Shown here: positions 25,301 to 36,520 of the stretch, piece after piece
Layout: each line of letters opens with the position of its first letter
How positions within the stretch are numbered: position 1 is the first letter of the stretch
DNA from: Balanoglossus misakiensis
Lineage: Eukaryota; Animalia; Hemichordata
Direction: 5' to 3'
Assembly (NCBI GenBank): GCA_040954595.2
Contig: CM082586.2
Coordinates: forward strand, 5,690,509-5,754,508
DNA length: 64,000 nt
Made by a program: the position numbers and the translations under genes
The notes under the pieces: model-generated
What the model was told of the DNA's origin: nothing
Databases searched by the model: none
What the model saw: only the letters and a program-made list of their open reading frames with translations

Positions 25301-28300
25301 GTGATCCATCAATCGATGAAATGAATAACTTTGAAGTAGCCGCATATATAATATTCACCTTTTATGGAGATGTGTGTCTCACGACCAACAGGCTTTGAGA
25401 TTTAGAAACTAAGCAGGATACTTAAGGAACTTGAAGTAAAAGTCTAATTATTTTACTCTTCATCAGGAGGGGGTTATGATAACCAAAGTAAGACTTTTAT
25501 TAACGTACTTCTTGCGTTTTACTTGGGAAGATTGACTCAGACAGATCTTTAATATATGACATTCAATAAGCATTTAGTGTACAAGAAAACACACATTTAC
25601 AATGTAATTTACGTAAAGTAGGATAACATGTTAGTGTAATTATGTATACACAAACTGTATTGGCCAAGTCAGTTGTCGTTAGGGCTTATAGCTCTACGTT
25701 GGCATTCCAGCTGCAACATTTTCTTCCATACATGCAAGTGTTCTGAAATCATTATATGGTGCTTGGCAGAGAGTGGAAAATACCCAATTTCCTTTATTTT
25801 TCATTGACTTTCGATTCTTTGCAAAATGAGGTCATGAGAATCTGCCATGTCGTGATATGACTTTGATCGTTTTAATGAAAAAAATAAAGAACATATGATA
25901 TTTTTCAGCATGCACCAAGCACCACAATGATATCATGACACAGGTTTAAATCTGGTTCATTGTATTTTCAGTGAACCATAAGGTTGCTTTGACAATTTCA
26001 AATCAAATCTCCTCCCAAAAACCTTGGATGCAATTAGAGATATCGAGCATAATTGCCGAAGTGGGGCTATACTTAATGTACATTTGTTTCCTTTGTGTTG
26101 AATAAAATTTAAGTCAACGTGTACATATGCCTCTACACACATCAAAACTAAATGTGATCTTGACCCTCGGTCAGTGCGTGGGTTAACATGAAGATGTGTA
26201 ATATGAATGCAGTTTTAGTGACTTTCCATCAGGCTATAATATCAAGCTTAACAAAACATTGAAGATTTTGTCATTTTTGTATCATAGGTAATTGATTTGT
26301 ACATCGTCGTGAGTAACATAGATCCCCCGCCTCAGCTAAAGTGGTCGAGCAATTATATGCTAGCCTGAAGAACGTTTGCATGAAATATTTTAAGAATTAA
26401 GATATCCAACAGCAAATGAAACTATAAGTCACTCTGCAGGCGGACAAAGAAATTTGTCATTCTGTATAATCATTAAGATATTCTTATTTGTCTTGTGTTC
26501 TGTGATATAACGATGTGTAGTAAGTTAAAACACTTTAAACTAATTCATTATTGATAACAGTATAAATGTTTTGTATTTTTCATTTCCTATTCTGTTTTTA
26601 TGGGTTCACTGTTTGCGTTAGAAATTAGCCATTATATCTGGTGTGCCTCACACACTGTAACCCTTATATTGAGGCTTTTCCAGGGAAGTCCTGGTAAATC
26701 ATTTAACATTCACAGGTGAAGCCTGTGCAGATTGCCGGTATTCTGATTCTCTAGCTGAAATGCAATCCTCTGGTGTCATTACCGCACTTAAATATCAGTC
26801 AAGTCAAGGAGAATAGTATCATGTTCTCGTGTTGCTGTAAACCAGGCGTAGCCAATCAAGGTAGTAGTTCCCGGTTGAACAAACGGTCAACATGAACGGG
26901 CAGATTCCGTGCTCTACCCACACTCATCAAGTCTCCAGCATTGGGTGCACTGTCGCTAAGATGACCAATCAACCATGATTATCGTGACAGCCTGACTGTC
27001 TATATAGCTCTCTATCTCACGTGCTTCAGTCTGCCTCGGTCGTAGTTTGTGGCTGTCTGAGTATCTCGATTTTTCCTCACTGTCTCTGCGTGGTATGTCT
27101 CTCTCATGGATGGTGTATTTTAATCATTTCATTTTGGGTATATACTGTAACACAGGGCAATGCATTCGTTAACTTTCTGTTATTCGTTCTTGGTGGCTAA
27201 TAGCTCCCGTAATTCTACGTTGAAATTTAAGACAGTACTACCAGTAGTGCTTATCCACATTAATCATCTGCTACCTTATTAAAATGAATCATTCACATGG
27301 AACAGACATGAAGGGCAAAGGGGTAAGCGTTTCTGTTTCACGTCAGTATTATTTTTCATTTTCAGAATCCCTCAAACCTAACCTGCAGTCTCTGTGTTTC
27401 ATCACTATCGACCTAGTCAATATATCCTCGAGGATTGTTATCTCTACTCATCTTCGCTGCATATATTTTGTGTCACCATAAATCTCTCCGATAGTGTCTT
27501 TTTCCTCTGAAATTGTAACGAGCCAGTGTCAATCTTGGGTTGCTGGCGAGACCCTTTTAGGTTTTAATCCAGCTGCCAAAGTCCAAAGTAATGATTTGTT
27601 GGTCGATGTGGCATCATGTTTCTCGCCCAGTGATGGTGTCGCGTTATGTCATTAAACAACACTTGGGAACAAAGGGAGAGCGGCGCGGAGTCTGATAATG
27701 TCATGCACTCAGACGGTCGTTATACCACGTTTAGATGGCATAATGTTATCGGGTACATCCATCACTCCCATTAACCCTTGCACTTTTGTTTTGCGATTCC
27801 ACAGATAGTGACGTCAACGGGCAAAGAAGCCCCCGATATGCCCATGTCCCGATGAGAAAGGACGATGGCACGCGTATTTTTAACTTAGACCTAGATGGTA
27901 ATTGATTGAAAACCAGGATTTGAATCTTTTCAACGGCTTATAATGCAACTCTTCCTTTAATCCTGTAGATGCGTTCGGGCAAATATTCCAAGTTACCATG
28001 TCAAGGATAATGTGCTTTTGTTATCAAAATATAATCAATGTCACACAAATCTTTCCCTGCAGTCAAAGGAAACCACATGCATTATATATACACACGCCGT
28101 AATCAAGCGCAGTGTATTTGAAATTATTCGATAAACATTGCTTTTCTTCCGTTAATTTTGTGCCCAGGGATGCATTTCGTCTGTGCTTCTTCGTTTTAAA
28201 AATAGCGACGCCGCAATCATCATAAAAATCTCCAAGTAGAAATATGAGCACATTTCACTCCCAAGGGATGAATTAAAATATCATTTTTGCCTCAGCATTC

Positions 28301-31300
28301 TGGTCAAAAAACATATGAAATGCTTTATGACACGATTTGGGCGTCGCACATTAGGTGAAGATCAATGCCTTGGTCTACGAAATGACTGTATATATATATA
28401 TATAATATATGTCCTTATAGTGGTATGCACACATCCCCGTTTCAGGTCATTGCTGGACACCCAACCTACATTTCTCTGTTACAGATATTTGCACTAAAGA
28501 TAGATTAACATGCGTTTTATCTCCCAGGGTAATCGGCGCGGATATTAAAATATTGTATGTGTAATGGAGCGCCGCTTTCCTAACAAGACACTCGCGGGCC
28601 AGTGCTGTGTCTTCTTTCCTTTATTCACAGGCGACAGCTGATCGTATATCAGGCTTGAAGTACACAAAGATTTGTTCAAAAGGTTGAGTATTTCATACGT
28701 GTGTTTTTCCTTAATGGAACTTTTGAATCTTTTGCAGTGTTTGTGACTCGGACGTGGGTATGTGTATGGAGTTTTTGTTAGCATGAAATGCCGTGGCACA
28801 AAGAGCAGCATATTAGGGTGACCTCAAAACTCGCCTCTGCTTCAACATAAAAACAGTGTACTATCATGCATGGTAGAGAAACTGATAATCGATAGGCTGG
28901 GTCTGACGTCATTGTCAAACCAAGTAAATGCAATCTGAATGTGGCTGTGGAAAAGATAACAATCGATTGTAATTATTCAACTTCCTGTATCCCTTTACAA
29001 ATCTGTCATTTAGTACTATTTCTACAATTTCACCCTTTGTCTTGACAATTGGTGTTATGGGAATCAGACTTTTGTGATCATGGTTATCTTCCATTCGATA
29101 TTGGATATTCATATTTCATGGGAAAGCAACGCAGATATTGAAATAAAATTTTAAAACCTGATATTCTGTCGAGTGGAACTATATACTTCTGGCATCAGCG
29201 ACAGTGTTTCTGAGATATCCACTGACCCATCAAAGTTGATGAAGCTCAAAATGTAATCCATCTTATACTGACACGGTACACGTAATTTGAAATGTGAAGT
29301 TTGCCACAACTTTGCAGCTGTGTAGCCACTTGTGTTACCTTTGCTAGTCTTAAAATTGATTGTTTTAAGGCCTATATAGTAGTACCCATGCACAGTTAGA
29401 GAGTACACTATTGTTTGTGATATTACCCGTTATATGTCAAAATCTACATGTTGCTCCCACCCACTAAAGATTTGAAGCTGTCCAATTGGATCCAACTGCG
29501 CTGCAGTTAAGTCTTCTATTGTATCAAGTATTTCAAATTTTTTATATACTAAATGCCGCCCTAACAACGTTAAGACCGTTTATGAAATACAAGTTGTTGA
29601 AAGATAACATTAACCCCTGCATGGAACAAATTGACATTGCAAGAATGATGTTTGAAAATGAAACATATGAGCTCAAAAATGGTCTAACATGGAAATTGGT
29701 TTGATATCATAGACCCCAGAGAGAATTAAGCGAACATCACATGATAATGATCTTGACAAGGGCTTGCTTCAGACAGGTTAAAGTCTAACTGCTTGCTGAT
29801 AATAAATTACTCTGGACAGGATAGAAATGACATCCGAACATCAGTTACATTCAAGACTAAAGGCTTATGACCTCCAGGCAAAAGTATATGTGTTGTGTAG
29901 AATGTTGATTCTTATTTTAGCTCTGGTGTATTCTTAGTGTCACCTGTCTGTCCCCATGGATTGTACCAATCATTGTTAGGCATATTCTCGCAAGATGATC
30001 ATAAATCAGGTGTTACTCGTGTTAGGTATAATCAACAAAACCGATAACTGCTCAGGATTTATTTTGTTTATTCTATTCCAAGGGGAACGGTTAGGAAGAT
30101 GTCCCAGTGCTGATATGATATGGTCTTAAGGACTTCTAAAGAACATACACATGATTGATTGCATTTTTCATTTTCAAGAGAATAGGGTAACTAGTGTGCC
30201 TTGCCCTGCCTTGAACCATAATCGCACTCTTGTATTTTCTACATGTAGAAATTTTCAAGGGATTACGGCATTGTATAATGTTTATTGTATTTGAAGTTGG
30301 TCCATTACAAAATGGAAAGTATCCCCAATGCAACCGCTAATCAAGCTTGTCGAAACTAATCAGATTCAGGTCTTTTCATAATTCTTTTGTTTATATTTCG
30401 AACACAGTACATAACTCTTTCCAATAAGAGGAACCTATCAAAAATGCCGATGGACCTAGTTGTTTTCTTTAGCTACAGAAAATAAGGGTTAGAATTGGCG
30501 TTGGTGGCGAATTTCCCTATCACACTCATTTACTTACTGGAAATGCAATGGTCGTCTTAACTGTCATGATTTGTTATGATAGCCTTGCTTATTTTCTTAC
30601 TATGACTTGACATTGAATGTTTATGCATGGTGTGAAAAAAGTGCACTACATTTTTCCAAAATGGTAAAAATGACACATATGCACTGCATGGTCGGGTAGT
30701 AAGCAAAGATGCCTAGTCAGGGTGCCTTGTATGGTTTCTAAGCACCTAATGTGTGATCATGCGTGTTTAATGAAATTGAAAATCACGATTTCGTATTTCC
30801 CTTATTACAATCAATTAAGCCCAAATTTCACAGACGTTATTTTTTCATTATTTTACATGTTAACACGTTCAGTGTTTGGATACCAGAAACGAAAATTGCC
30901 ATTGTGAACAGCAAATTACTCTCGAAGGGTGTTTATTTCAACCGAAGGCCAAATTGATTATTCGATTGAGCGAGCATTCAAAACGTGCAAGTTTGTTTCT
31001 CCTTATTTTCTAAGAATAGGGGTATGTGATTTGATTAACTCTGTACACCAAGCTATGTATCACTATCCACAGTCTGGAGAACAACCAATGATGCACTAAG
31101 AACAGGGCGGAAAACAAACCACGATTGGTTGCTTATAGAAAATCCCCGCATTTGACGATCGTGTGTCTCAATTGTCTCAATCCCAGAAGACTAGAAATGA
31201 AAAAGGAGGCCAAATGGAATTTACTTTTGTGTTCCTTTATAGCCTTAGAAAAATATAACATCCACGATTTCCTTTGCAGTGTTACGGGAAAACTCAAACC

Positions 31301-32355
31301 CTGACGGTGATTCAGCTATAGAAAATCTGATATAAAACGTTGTCTGGATGTCCTTAGTACAAGGTTTTTTATCCATCCATAGAGTGCAATAAATAGTAGT
31401 GGGTAAAGAAATTCGACAAAGAAGCTATACATGCATGGCATGAAATTAGTATTGTTACCCTTACTGAAGTATGAGATGTTTACCATCAAAATGTGCTGTG
31501 CTATACGACTAGGAGGACATACATCCCACACTCCGTCGGAACATATCGTTATCTAGGGTGCCATGCACATTAATTTTCCGTTTGACATTTTACTCCTGGG
31601 AATCAGTTGGAGCATTATGTCACTTACTGTGTTCTACCCAAAAAGAGTATAACGCATGAGATCGGCAGCCAGATTGAATGTATATGCATATGCGTTTAGG
31701 TAAGTTTTTCTGGAAACATCACTTAGCTAGAAATGCCATTCGTGTTCTTACTTTAATGCAAATCATGTGCTCGTTTCACATTTAAAACAATTTTGTAAAT
31801 TGAATTTATATAAATTTGTAACCGGTAACGTGCATGCGAATAGATTTTCAAATGCATGGATGCATGCAATTACTCTAATCAATTTGTCTTCTCATTAATA
31901 AACGGAAATACATACATGTACATGTAGCAGCTAAAATTTTACGTGAGTAATCAATATATTCCCTTTTATAGAATGGGAGCAGTTTATACATGTCTTTGGT
32001 TCATATACGTCTTTGATTATAATATAATCACAGGCATGGGTAGATGAGGCAAAAAAAAAGCAAACCAGACTCAAAGGTTGGTAGATTGACAATCTAATAC
32101 GCTAGTTTAGGCTTTCAGGTATGTGCATCAAAACAAACACATCAAGCAGATGAAGTCTGCATATATGGGAATGTTTTAGGCTTCAATTCCTGAGGTCTTT
32201 TGTCAGTGACCTGTAAAAGCACATACATTAAAGGTAAACGAAGTGGAAGACACAGGCGTCGAATAATGCCTCGGAAACAATAGTGATAGCGAGACTTACC
32301 TCCAAATCAGCGCCAAGAATATCCACAAGTTCAGGAAAAATCGTGCACCAATCAT
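7103..32355 (-). CDS. Glycine-receptor-alpha-like Cys-loop ligand-gated chloride channel subunit, 461 aa; join of 32355-32300, 23532-23375, 20745-20678, 13149-12926, 9737-9655, 9147-9013, 8791-8562, 8213-8052, 7372-7103
   Basis: Exons assembled by hand with GT-AG introns and consistent phases (56+158+68+224+83+135+230+162+270 = 1386 nt, no internal stop). The protein has a signal peptide, R-x-R-P, WxPDxFF, a C-x13-C Cys-loop with FPMD, M1 YIPS, the anion-selective PAR motif before M2, M3 AIDIW...EFA and M4 ID..R..FP..F..FN..YW. Orthology cannot be set without a tree, so no symbol is given. Confidence 0.95.
8052..8213 (-). CDS. Coding exon 8 (162 nt): M3 AIDIWLVSCQVFVFATLIEFALVYY plus start of the intracellular loop
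   Basis: Acceptor ccatcccag|. The 3' boundary is inferred from the phase-0 donor CAT|GTAAAT, which is weak; the frame otherwise stops at 8006-8004. The M3 identity is certain, the donor less so. Confidence 0.85.
8562..8791 (-). CDS. Coding exon 7 (230 nt): beta10, M1, M2 and the M2-M3 loop
   Basis: Acceptor ttatttctag|, donor ACC|GTAAGT. Lies within ORF 8535..8813; contains APARVSLGITTVL. Confidence 0.97.
9013..9147 (-). CDS. Coding exon 6 (135 nt): SYATNDMTLEW...LPQYSINDFVAIEKLGKYLT(G) (loops B, F, C)
   Basis: Acceptor ggcag|, donor CAG|GTAAC. Lies within ORF 8849..9202. Confidence 0.95.
9655..9737 (-). CDS. Coding exon 5 (83 nt): Cys-loop, MSVKLSCHMDLRYFPMDQQICIINIES(F)
   Basis: Acceptor tgtttcgcag|, donor T|GTAAGT. 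C-x13-C signature; canonical 83-nt exon. Not in the ORF track. Confidence 0.97.
12926..13149 (-). CDS. Coding exon 4 (224 nt): DYSVTMYVRQTW...WVPDLFFTNAK...GEVLYTI(R) (loops D, A, E)
   Basis: Acceptor cttctgtttcag|, donor AG|GTGAGT. Overlaps ORF 12922..13134. Confidence 0.97.
20110..20125. repeat. C16 homopolymer in intron 3
   Basis: Read directly. Confidence 0.95.
20678..20745 (-). CDS. Coding exon 3 (68 nt): GQAVAVYCGLYICSFDSISETSM (beta1, loop 2)
   Basis: Acceptor ttgttattttcag|, donor ATG|GTAAGC. Aligns to GlyR alpha1 [23 protein letters not shown]; 68 nt is the canonical size. Not in the ORF track. Confidence 0.95.
21417..21432. repeat. Perfect 16-bp palindrome CATGTACCGGTACATG
   Basis: Read directly; flanked by further near-inverted cagcta / acagctg. 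Confidence 0.9.
23375..23532 (-). CDS. Coding exon 2 (158 nt): mature N-terminus and alpha-1 helix, ...LSRMLTDFLNDEKLRVRPNTN(G)
   Basis: Acceptor tttctttccacag|, donor G|GTAAGT. RxRP motif of pentameric ligand-gated ion channels (pLGICs). Overlaps ORF 23310..23528. Confidence 0.9.
32300..32355 (-). CDS. Coding exon 1 (56 nt): signal peptide MIGARFFLNLWIFLALIW(S)
   Basis: gccATG context, hydrophobic core, consensus donor AG|GTAAGT. Its phase-2 end matches exon 2. 56 coding nt equals human GLRA1 exon 1 (from memory). Confidence 0.9.
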
Positions 32356-33050
32356 GGCGTAATTCGCCTACAAATGACAACTGGTTCTCTGTCAATTATT
32401 TAACTCCAACGTTTTGTGTCGATGCCTTTCTGTTGTTTAGTCCAGACAGCATCCAGTTCTTTTTGGTAAAGTTTTCACGTGTCGAAAAGTCAAATACTCC
32501 GGATTTCGTCGACGAATGTTCGCTATCTGCTGCTCTATATCTGCTACTGTACGACTTCTTAAGATATTTATTCACAAGTAAATCATTTGGAATCCGGTCG
32601 TTGTTAAAGTCATCTAAAATACATTCAAAACGACTGTCATTTCGGTAACTCCGTGGTGCAGACACTCAAGTCCAGCTGAAATGAACCATTTTTCCGGTCC
32701 AACACAACGCTATCATGTCGACGTCTCCATGCGTGCACAGTACTTCAGACGGTTGCCCACTTGGTGGTACGAAGTTTACACCTGCTGGAATACAATAAGG
32801 AGTGGCGACACTTATTATAGTTGTCACAGTGATGGCGAATTCCTTGCAGATGAGAGACGCGAGAGCCAGCCCTGTCAGCTACGCCGACAACAAAGTGCTT
32901 TTTGTACGGAGCGACCGCGCGAGACCTCTCAGCTCTTTGGAAATGATGAACACCTAAGTGGCAATTCTGTGCAAAGATAAGGAGTCCCCTCAGGTGGCCT
33001 TATCACACACTTTTACTTTAGCGCTGCGTTCTCCTGGTTGAGAGTGGTCT
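32356..33050 (-). promoter_or_regulatory. Probable 5' UTR and promoter of the channel gene
   Basis: Locally CpG-rich stretch directly upstream of the ATG. TATA-like TATAATAA (minus strand, 32819-32812) and E-boxes at 32673-32678, 32779-32785 and 32991-32996. The transcription start cannot be determined from sequence. Confidence 0.45.
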
Positions 33051-33070
33051 TGTATTCAGATATTGTTTTC

Positions 33071-33085
33071 GGGGGGGGGGGGGGG
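33071..33085. repeat. G15 homopolymer upstream of the gene
   Basis: Read directly. Confidence 0.95.
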
Positions 33086-33273
33086 TGTTACATGATAATT
33101 TACCAGTTTTAAAATACAAAATGTGATCCTGCTTGACCAATTGTCTAAAGGTTGGAAAGAAGGAATTCTTAAGTGGATTTATACCAGGGTTTCAGCTAAC
33201 TGTAATACATCCATAGAAATACCCAACATCAGAGCTGAAATCTCTGTTCTTTTATGCCTGTTTTTGTTGTTTA

Positions 33274-33281
33274 ACACACAT

Positions 33282-33314
<33 letters not shown>
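33274..33314. repeat. (CA)n microsatellite, slightly interrupted
   Basis: Read directly; it produces the THTHTH run in spurious ORF 33123..33506. Confidence 0.95.
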
Positions 33315-33317
<3 letters not shown>

Positions 33318-36300
33318 AAATCCCTGGTGACCTTGTCTGTCTTTCTGTTGTGCATGGTTTATTCAAAACCAATTTCTCGCAATACTAATATGAACATAAT
33401 TGCTTTACCGGTACAGCAATATGCCTATAATACCTCTATAATCTTTATAAAAAACAGTCGTCTGTCTTTTTATTCTAAAAATATTAACCTCTTTGATTTT
33501 GATTGATGGTGCTTATATCTCTCTTTTCCCCATTTCCTTGTCTTAAGGTCTACTGAAGGTTTTTCCATATTAATGATATGAAAGTACATTGTAGTACACA
33601 TATATATTGCGCTTGTTATACTATGGGGGGGGACTGAACACTTGACTGTAAGCGATAACCATGATATTATTAAAAATTGCAGATTCATCTGTAACAATGG
33701 TCTGGAAATGGAATTTTTATTCCAGGCTGGTACTATGACCCATTTTCTTCTTTTCTTACGAGCAACAGCATAATATATTTAAATTTGTTGGCCAGTGTAT
33801 GATCTATAGCAGTGAGGATTAGCCTACAAATGGTTTTATGTTGCATTCTTCCATATATTGCATTTTGTATCGGATCTCGTATGTGTATTGTGTAACGATT
33901 AGAGACCACGTTTCAATGCTGAATCATACAGCCTTATCTCCCAAGGTTTTTGCATGGGTGTTTTTGAAAAGGCAGACAAGTTTGACACTTATATAAGCTT
34001 TTTCATTATTGTATAAAGAAACCCATGTCTGGGGCAAAACCTGTTCTTTTTGTGTCTGTTTGCTTTAGATTGTGAGGTTAAAATTTAGCTGATTGATCTG
34101 ACTAGCAAGACAAAAAATCCATTCTGTATCGGATAGAAGCAATTGGTTTAAACTTTCATTACTGGAGATACAAAAAATGCGTTACTAAGAAGGGCGATGG
34201 ATTAAATCGATTTTACTAATGGTGCCTGAATCTTCCCCTCCGCTTCATCACACAATTTCCTCATCCATAGACCACATGATAACACAATCCAAGTGAAAAT
34301 AAAAGCTTTTATAAATTAATGTGATAGTATGTATTTGTTTAATGTCTCTTACTATGTCATTCACCTGGAAAATTAATGCCATTCAAAAGTCTTAGAGGAA
34401 AACCATACATTGGCCGGTGAGTTTCACACCAGGAGCAGTCAATCCAATAAACAGTCTGTGCTGAAGAATTGTTGGCAGGATGCATAATGTTTGTAGGCCA
34501 TTGTGAAGTAGTCTACTGAGGATTTGAGGACAAACATCACATGATAGAATGTACATTGTACGCTACATTTTCTAAGAATGAATTTTCCTTGCAGAATTTG
34601 TAATTAATTCATAGACTGACGTCTTGTGTTCATTTTTTGTTTATTCAAAAGCCAGGTAACATGCACTTTTATTCCTCACGGGATCATGTTGTTCGGTGGA
34701 GTAGACAATTGTTTCCATAATTCTCTTTATAAGCATTTCTGTGTTTACTGGGGAGAGTTGGAGGTTTCCATGAAATCAGGATGTTAGGCATGCACGGATC
34801 AAGACCGTTGCTATTCTTCTGTTTCTCAGGAATTTTAGAATTCTCAACATTCAGCATTTGATCACGTCCATGTTTTGTTACACCAAAATGCCTTTTATGC
34901 CTGATGAGGAACCACTTTTCAAATTCGGGACATTTGGAACAGTTGGCATAATACAGCTCTGACGCATGTAATTTTAGCGTCCATGCATAATACCACTACA
35001 TATACAAAAGTCATATCGGAACGTGGAGACCTTAAAAGGAAAATCCCCAACAGTATCTCCTGCTGACGTATAATAAACAGAAAAGTTGGTCTTCAAAATA
35101 ATATTTATGTATTCTGCATACGTGTAATTTTGTTCGTGCCATGATCGAGATGGAAATGCACTGGACATGTTGTGACACTAATGATACAAAGCTGTCAGAC
35201 AAAATTCTCATGTGGAAACTGATTACGTGTCATTTTGAACCATCGTCATGCAGAACATGACTGCAAACGTTGTAAGACAGAACAAGATACTAACCATGTA
35301 CTTTTCTCATGACAGAAACAGTACAGTCAAGCCTGTTTACAGTGCAAGGTATATACAAGGGTATTTACACATATCCCAGTTCTGCAACTCTAGCATTAAA
35401 TATATCATATTGAAATGCTAAATTACTATATCTTTTTTTGAGCTATATTCAGTTGAATTTATAATCAGGAAGCATGGGTTCGTATATGACTTGATGGATG
35501 TGTCAAGCCAGATTATGTTCCAAGAACTGAATTCTATTTTCAAATCAAAAATGAAAATGAATTTTCTATCGTTCTACTTTAATTAACTACATACAACCTA
35601 AATTCGAACACGCTTTATCAATATTCCTTAGGATCTCCCAGTCTCATCAATATAAATGATTACAATGTGTCGCATATATCATAATTGACATGGACAGTGT
35701 TCTTTAATCTGACAACTTCCAAGAACTGGGGAAAAGTACTAGGAGAGAAGCAAAGTGGGATTTATTATTAAGTGAGGATACAACCCAGAGGCAGTGTGTT
35801 TGTCTAATTGTAAAGAAAACATTATGTCACCTTGCTTGCTGCAAGTTCTTAAATTTTGAGTTGTCCCCTACCTTGATGTTAAATCTTACAATACATATCC
35901 GTTTATGTGCAGTACCGCCTAGCTGACTTGTGTACTTTGTGACTGAAACTTACAGGGTCGGAGTTAGTCCACAACATTCACCACAAAGCGACGCGCATGC
36001 ACATTTAAGAAAGTGTGAATAATAAGGTTACGCACAAAAGTACGACAATGTTATGGACTCGTACTGATCCCATCACGTCACACATGGATTCCATGATGAC
36101 CATACATGGTCATGTTTGTGTTTAACCCTATTGTAAAGATCCATTCACTATCTCCTCGTCATTTTTTAATGTTGGGTTACAAAAAATGGATCATTCCAAA
36201 ATTACACACTTTTTCATTTTATACACAGTATGTTTACTTGTACTATTTTGTGTTTAATAACACTTCCTCAATAAGAAAATTTACATTTATTTAGTTAAAA

Positions 36301-36391
36301 AGTAACATCATGATAAAAACACACACAAATGTAGCTCATGGACCTTTAATGAAATTTGTATCATATCTTGATTTCACTATCAGCTCAAAAG

Positions 36392-36520
36392 TGGACTTTA
36401 ACATCCGTGGATAAATATGTCACATGACCTTGCGTTTAATCTAGTACTGTACTTATTGGACTTCGTCATCCGTGGATAGATATGTTACATGACCTTGCGT
36501 TTAATCTAGCCTTGTAATTA
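36392..36520. repeat. 65-bp tandem duplication, 2 copies
   Basis: tggactt..catccgtggata(a/g)atatgt(c/t)acatgaccttgcgtttaatctag starts at both 36392 and 36457. Confidence 0.9.

Noticed and set aside
32283-32980. Plus-strand ORFs (121 and 99 aa) and minus-strand ORF 32396..32665 over the promoter
   Set aside because: They look like by-products of locally higher GC, with no homology evident; two start with GTG.
33123-33506. 127-aa ORF with a THTHTH run
   Set aside because: The run is a translated (CA)n microsatellite.
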